DNA of 64,000 bases, taken from positions 64,001 through 128,000 of the forward strand of contig CBDCNQ010000005.1 of assembly GCA_965219445.1 (NCBI GenBank). The letters run 5' to 3'. The notes under the pieces are model-generated. The model saw nothing but the letters and a program-made list of their open reading frames with translations, had not been told where the DNA came from and searched no databases. Each line of letters opens with the position of its first letter. Position 1 is the first letter of the stretch. Position numbers and translations under genes: made by a program. Positions 60,020 to 64,000 of this stretch are shown here, piece after piece. Origin of the DNA: Longimicrobiales bacterium (GTDB lineage Bacteria > Gemmatimonadota > Gemmatimonadetes > Longimicrobiales > Gaopeijiaceae).

Positions 60020-60954
60020 GAGCTAGGATCAAAGGCATCATAGGGGCATGGCGACCGCTACCGGTACCGATCAGCAGCGAAGCAGCCCGAAGACGAAGAG
60101 GCGTTCTCCTCCGGGAGCGGGTGCGCGTTCATCATTATTCGCGCAAGCAAGCAACCCAACCCGTCCTACCCAAGAGGAGGATGCCCATGGAGAGGTATAT
60201 CGGACTCGACGCACACGCGTCGAGCTGCACGCTGGGGATTGTAGGCCCCAGCGGCAAGCGCTTGGGCTCGCAGGTGGTGGAGACGAACGCGCGGGCGCTG
60301 ATCGAGGTGCTGCGAGGGATTCCGAGGAACCGGCACTTATGCCTGGAAGAAGGGACGCTGTCGGGGTGGCTGTACGAGGTGCTGAAGCCGCACGTGGAGG
60401 AGCTGACGGTGGCGGGGGTCGGCAAGAGCCGGGGCCCGAAGACCGACAAGCTGGACGCGTTTGCCCTGGCGGAGAAGCTGCGGATCGGATCACTGGAGAC
60501 GACGGTCTACAAGAACCGGGGCCAGTTCAGGCGGCTGGGGGAACGGGCGAAGAGCTACGACTTCTTGGTCGGCGACACGGTGCGGGTGAAGAACCGGCTC
60601 AAGAGCGTGCTGCGCTCGAGAGGAGTGGCCTACGGCGCGGGGCGCTCGGTCTACTTAAAGCGCGACCGGGAGGAGTGGTTGGCCAAGCTGCCGGAAGCGA
60701 GCAGGACGACGGCCGGGTTGCTGTACGAGGAGCACGACGCACTCGTGGCATTGAGGGCGAAGGCCGAGAAGGCGTTGCTTGCCGGTGGTGGTGACGCCGT
60801 ACCGGTTCCAGAGCCGGAGCAGGTTCTGGGCGTACTGCGGACTGGGCGTCGTGATGCGGAGCTCGTCGGACTTGGCGGAAGCACGCAAGCATCGAGAGTG
60901 GCATGTGCTGAAGACGTGCCCGGGTCTGGGTCCGATCCGGACGGCGGAGCTCCT
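60020..60954 (+). mobile_element. IS110-family element: 161-bp left non-coding end plus truncated, internally scrambled recombinase gene (ATG 60181/60187)
   Basis: DEDD motifs YIGLDAH, CLEEG, KTDKLDA; KNRLKS; C-terminal-domain pieces PGLGP and RF..FWAYCGL..SS present in swapped order. Confidence 0.88.
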
Positions 60955-61125
60955 CATCATCAGCGCCAGCCAAAATGACGGCATGGAGTAAAAGAAGAGA
61001 CCCACGATGGAGGCGACCGAATCCAGCAGGGAGTACTGGCGCACGGCCTGGACAATGCCGAGCAGGATCCCGAGGACAAACGCGACGCCGATGGCGCTGA
61101 CGGAGAGGAGCAGTGTATTGGGCAG
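60955..61125 (-). pseudogene. Inverted continuation of the DppB permease
   Basis: Minus strand reads LPNTLLLSVSAIGVAFVLGILLGIVQAVRQYSLLDSVASIVGLFFYSMPSFWLALMM, the direct continuation of 59730-60019. Confidence 0.88.
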
Positions 61126-61294
61126 GACTGCGATGCGGACCCTGCGAGCGCACCCCTCCCCACCCTGAGTCGTCGACCGGGCAATCCAAACCAATGCGGA
61201 CGCCGACGGTCAAAAAATGAGCCGACGGCGCGTTCCAGGGGACTGAGGAAAGCGTAGTCGACACTCTGGATGCTGAATTGGACTTCTGGGCGTA

Positions 61295-62293
61295 TTGTTG
61301 ACTCGGTGGGCCCGGTTCGTTGCCGGCTGGAGCGGACCGATGGATCATAAGATTGCCTCACTGACGCTCCTGGCCGGCCTACTTGGCGCATGGGGATGGT
61401 CCATGTTCGACGTGTCGCGCCCTGCCGAGATGAAGCGCAGAGGCACGGGTCAATGGAGTCTCGCCGCGCAGGCGTTCAAGAAGAACCGAATCGCCGTGAT
61501 CGGTGTGATGGTCGTCGTGTGGGTCTACCTGATCGCCCTGGTGACGCCCTTGATCGCTCCACATGACCCGGCTACGCAAGCTTCCCTGTTGACGGCCCGA
61601 TTGGTTGCTCCCGGTGGTGAATTTCCTCTCGGGACGGACCATCTGGCTCGGGACGTCCTCTCACGCATCATGTATGGCGCGCGGATCTCCCTCTCGATCG
61701 GTTTCGTCGCGGTGGGGATAAGCGTCACCATAGGCACGCTGCTCGGAGCGGTGTCCGGTTACTTGGGTGGTTGGGTCGACACCGTGGTGATGCGCTTCGT
61801 CGACATGGTGATCTCCTTTCCGCGTCTGGTGCTTCTCATCGCCATCGTCGCGCTATTCCGATCCAACTCGATCTTCCTGATTATGGCCGTCCTGGGCTTG
61901 ACCCAGTGGCCCGGGACGGCGCGAATCGTTCGTGGCGAAGTCCTCAGTCTGCGGGAGCGGGAATTCATCGAGGCTGCTCGTGCTCTCGGGTTCGGTCGCA
62001 GACGCATCATACTCCGGCATGTGATCCCCAACGCGCTGGCTCCGGTGATCGTCACCGCCACGCTCGGCATTGGAAACGTCATCGTGCTGGAAGCCGGCCT
62101 TTCTTTCCTCGGTCTCGGTCTCCAGCCTCCCACACCTTCATGGGGCTCCATGGTATCGGACGGCCGTGGCTATCTGCTCGACGCTTGGTGGATATCCACG
62201 TTCTCGGGCCTGGCGATCGTGCTCACCGTGGTGGCGTTCAACTTGGTCGGCGATGGCCTGAGAGACGCTCTCGACCCGCGCCTGAGGACGTGA
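61295..62293 (+). CDS. Peptide ABC permease (DppC/OppC), start uncertain or 5'-truncated
   Basis: LGTDHLARD, GARISL, EFIEAARALG, HVIPN, LSFLGLG, PSWG, GDGLRDALDP. Confidence 0.9.
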   Translation: MLTRWARFVAGWSGPMDHKIASLTLLAGLLGAWGWSMFDVSRPAEMKRRGTGQWSLAAQAFKKNRIAVIGVMVVVWVYLIALVTPLIAPHDPATQASLLTARLVAPGGEFPLGTDHLARDVLSRIMYGARISLSIGFVAVGISVTIGTLLGAVSGYLGGWVDTVVMRFVDMVISFPRLVLLIAIVALFRSNSIFLIMAVLGLTQWPGTARIVRGEVLSLREREFIEAARALGFGRRRIILRHVIPNALAPVIVTATLGIGNVIVLEAGLSFLGLGLQPPTPSWGSMVSDGRGYLLDAWWISTFSGLAIVLTVVAFNLVGDGLRDALDPRLRT

Positions 62294-62363
62294 TGTGAGA
62301 CGAGACGTGGGAGGACGTGACCTGGAGGGATGTGACGTGGCAGGATGTGACGTGATGGGACGC
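62287..62363 (+). repeat. Degenerate GACGT/GATGT microsatellite-like tract
   Basis: GACGTG/GATGTG units with a ~15-bp period (GGACGTGACCTGGAG, GGATGTGACGTGGCA, GGATGTGACGTGATG). Confidence 0.6.
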
Positions 62364-62368
62364 TGCTG

Positions 62369-63379
62369 ATGCCGCTTCTCGAGGTGACGGATCTCCGCAC
62401 GTACTTCACCACGGACGTCGGCGTGGCGCGTGCGGTCGATGGCGTGGCCCTGCAAGTTGGAGCGGGAGAGACGCTGGGGATTGTCGGGGAGTCGGGGTGC
62501 GGCAAAACGGTGACGGCCCTCTCGGTCTTGGGGCTGATCCCTACGCCTCCCGGCGAGATCGTCTCGGGCAGTTCCATCCGCTTCGACGAAGAGGAACTTC
62601 TGGAGGTAAAACCGGCTCGGCTCCGCGAGATTCGTGGTAACGAGATCTCGATGATCTTCCAGGAGCCGATGACGTCGCTGAATCCGGTCCTCACGGTGGG
62701 GCACCAGATCGAGGAGGTGCTCAGACTGCACCGTGGGTTGAAGAAGCGGGAGGCCCGTGCGGCAGGGGTAGCCCTTCTCGCCGAGGTCGGGATCCCGGAG
62801 CCGGATCAGCGGTTCGACGCCTATCCGCATCAGATGTCGGGTGGAATGCTCCAGCGCGTCATGATCGCCATCGCTCTCTCGTGTGAGCCGCGTCTCTTGA
62901 TCGCCGACGAGCCGACCACGGCCCTCGACGTGACGATTCAGGCACAGATCCTCGATTTACTCGTGAGCTTACAGCGCAGCCATGGAATGGCTCTTCTCCT
63001 CATTACCCACGACCTCGGGGTCATAGCGGAGGTGTGCGATCGGGTGGTGGTCATGTACGGTGGCCAGATCGTGGAGACGGGAACGACGGAGGAGATCCTG
63101 ACCCGCCCCGAACATCCGTACACCCAGGGGTTGCTGGCCTCTCTTCCAGGCATCGGGGACCGTGACGTCCGTCTGAACCCGATTCCTGGTACCGTGCCGA
63201 GTGCGGTGGATTGGCCGGAGGGGTGCCGCTTTCGGGACCGCTGTTCCTTTGCCTGGGGGCGTTGCGCGGAGTCGGCGCCGAATCTGTTGCCGGTGGAGGG
63301 GGGATCGAGCCGGTCGGTTAGATGCTGGCTCGTCGATCCGGATGAATCCTTGAGCGGGCCCGCCGGAGAGGCGACGTGA
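62369..63379 (+). CDS. Peptide ABC transporter ATP-binding protein (DppD/OppD)
   Basis: [30 protein letters not shown]. Confidence 0.94.
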   Translation: MPLLEVTDLRTYFTTDVGVARAVDGVALQVGAGETLGIVGESGCGKTVTALSVLGLIPTPPGEIVSGSSIRFDEEELLEVKPARLREIRGNEISMIFQEPMTSLNPVLTVGHQIEEVLRLHRGLKKREARAAGVALLAEVGIPEPDQRFDAYPHQMSGGMLQRVMIAIALSCEPRLLIADEPTTALDVTIQAQILDLLVSLQRSHGMALLLITHDLGVIAEVCDRVVVMYGGQIVETGTTEEILTRPEHPYTQGLLASLPGIGDRDVRLNPIPGTVPSAVDWPEGCRFRDRCSFAWGRCAESAPNLLPVEGGSSRSVRCWLVDPDESLSGPAGEAT

Positions 63380-64000
63380 CGTCCGATGTCGACGTGGGGT
63401 CCGCGGTGGAGGGGAACGGCGCGTCCGACGCCGAGGCGCTCCTCGACGTTCGAGACCTGACGAAGTATTTCCCGATCCATGGGGGGGTCCTGGGGCGTAG
63501 TGTGGAACAGGTCAGGGCGGTGGATGGCGTGAGCTTCCGGCTCCGACGCGGGGAGACCCTCGGACTCGTGGGGGAGTCCGGTTGCGGAAAGTCCACTACA
63601 GGGAGAGCCATCCTCCGTCTTATCGAGCCGACGGGCGGGCGTGTGCTCTTCGATGGTCAGAATCTCGAGGAGCTCGATCGCGCCCAGTTCCGAGCGTTTC
63701 GGCGACGCGCACAGATCGTCTTTCAGGATCCCTTCGGGTCGCTCAATCCGCGGATGACGATAGGCGGTATGCTCGCTGAGGTTCTCAGCGTACACGGGTT
63801 GGGCGAGACGGGTGTGGATCGGTTGGCCCGTGTCCGAGAGCTACTCGAGCTCGTAGGCCTACACGCGGAGCACGGAGGCCGCTATCCGCACGAGTTCAGT
63901 GGCGGCCAGCGGCAACGCATCGGAATCGCTCGCGCGCTGGCCGTTGAGCCGGAGTTCATCGTGTGCGATGAGCCGGTCTCGGCGCTGGACGTATCCGTCC
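63376..64000 (+). CDS. Peptide ABC transporter ATP-binding protein (DppF/OppF), runs off the window
   Basis: From GTG 63376: [40 protein letters not shown]. Confidence 0.92.
   Translation, partial: MTSDVDVGSAVEGNGASDAEALLDVRDLTKYFPIHGGVLGRSVEQVRAVDGVSFRLRRGETLGLVGESGCGKSTTGRAILRLIEPTGGRVLFDGQNLEELDRAQFRAFRRRAQIVFQDPFGSLNPRMTIGGMLAEVLSVHGLGETGVDRLARVRELLELVGLHAEHGGRYPHEFSGGQRQRIGIARALAVEPEFIVCDEPVSALDVSV

Noticed and set aside
6728..64000. Numerous long antisense and alternate-frame ORFs in the track
   Set aside because: Shadows of real genes expected at high GC; no motifs recognised apart from the fragments listed as features.

Overview
GC-rich bacterial chromosome segment; gene content and protein style suggest Gemmatimonadota, but that is inference only. 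Positions ~1-6.7 kb form an accessory/defence patch. It holds a hairpin-dense non-coding leader, an uncharacterised 324-aa protein and a 5'-truncated paralog facing it tail-to-tail, each followed by a homologous structured non-coding element. It also holds a 3'-truncated single-chain restriction-methylase, a BrnT/BrnA pair and a VapC remnant. The remainder is mostly housekeeping: mutY, ETF:quinone oxidoreductase, Lon with an acidic tandem-repeat insert, a selenocysteine (UGA + SECIS-like hairpin) selD missed by the ORF track, ygfZ, skp, ypdA, a luxE/luxC-like pair without luciferase, moxR-DUF58-transglutaminase, an alternative complex III operon lacking actD, trmJ, tatA, gcvH/gcvP, a lipoate ligase-family gene and a peptide ABC transporter broken by a scrambled and partly inverted IS110 element. 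Many signalling and accessory genes carry single-base frameshifts, a stop or truncations while core genes are intact; this is either real decay or assembly error. The best candidate for an undescribed system is the orphan gene plus its structurally conserved downstream element (495-2603). All family calls come from motifs recognised by eye; no searches were run.
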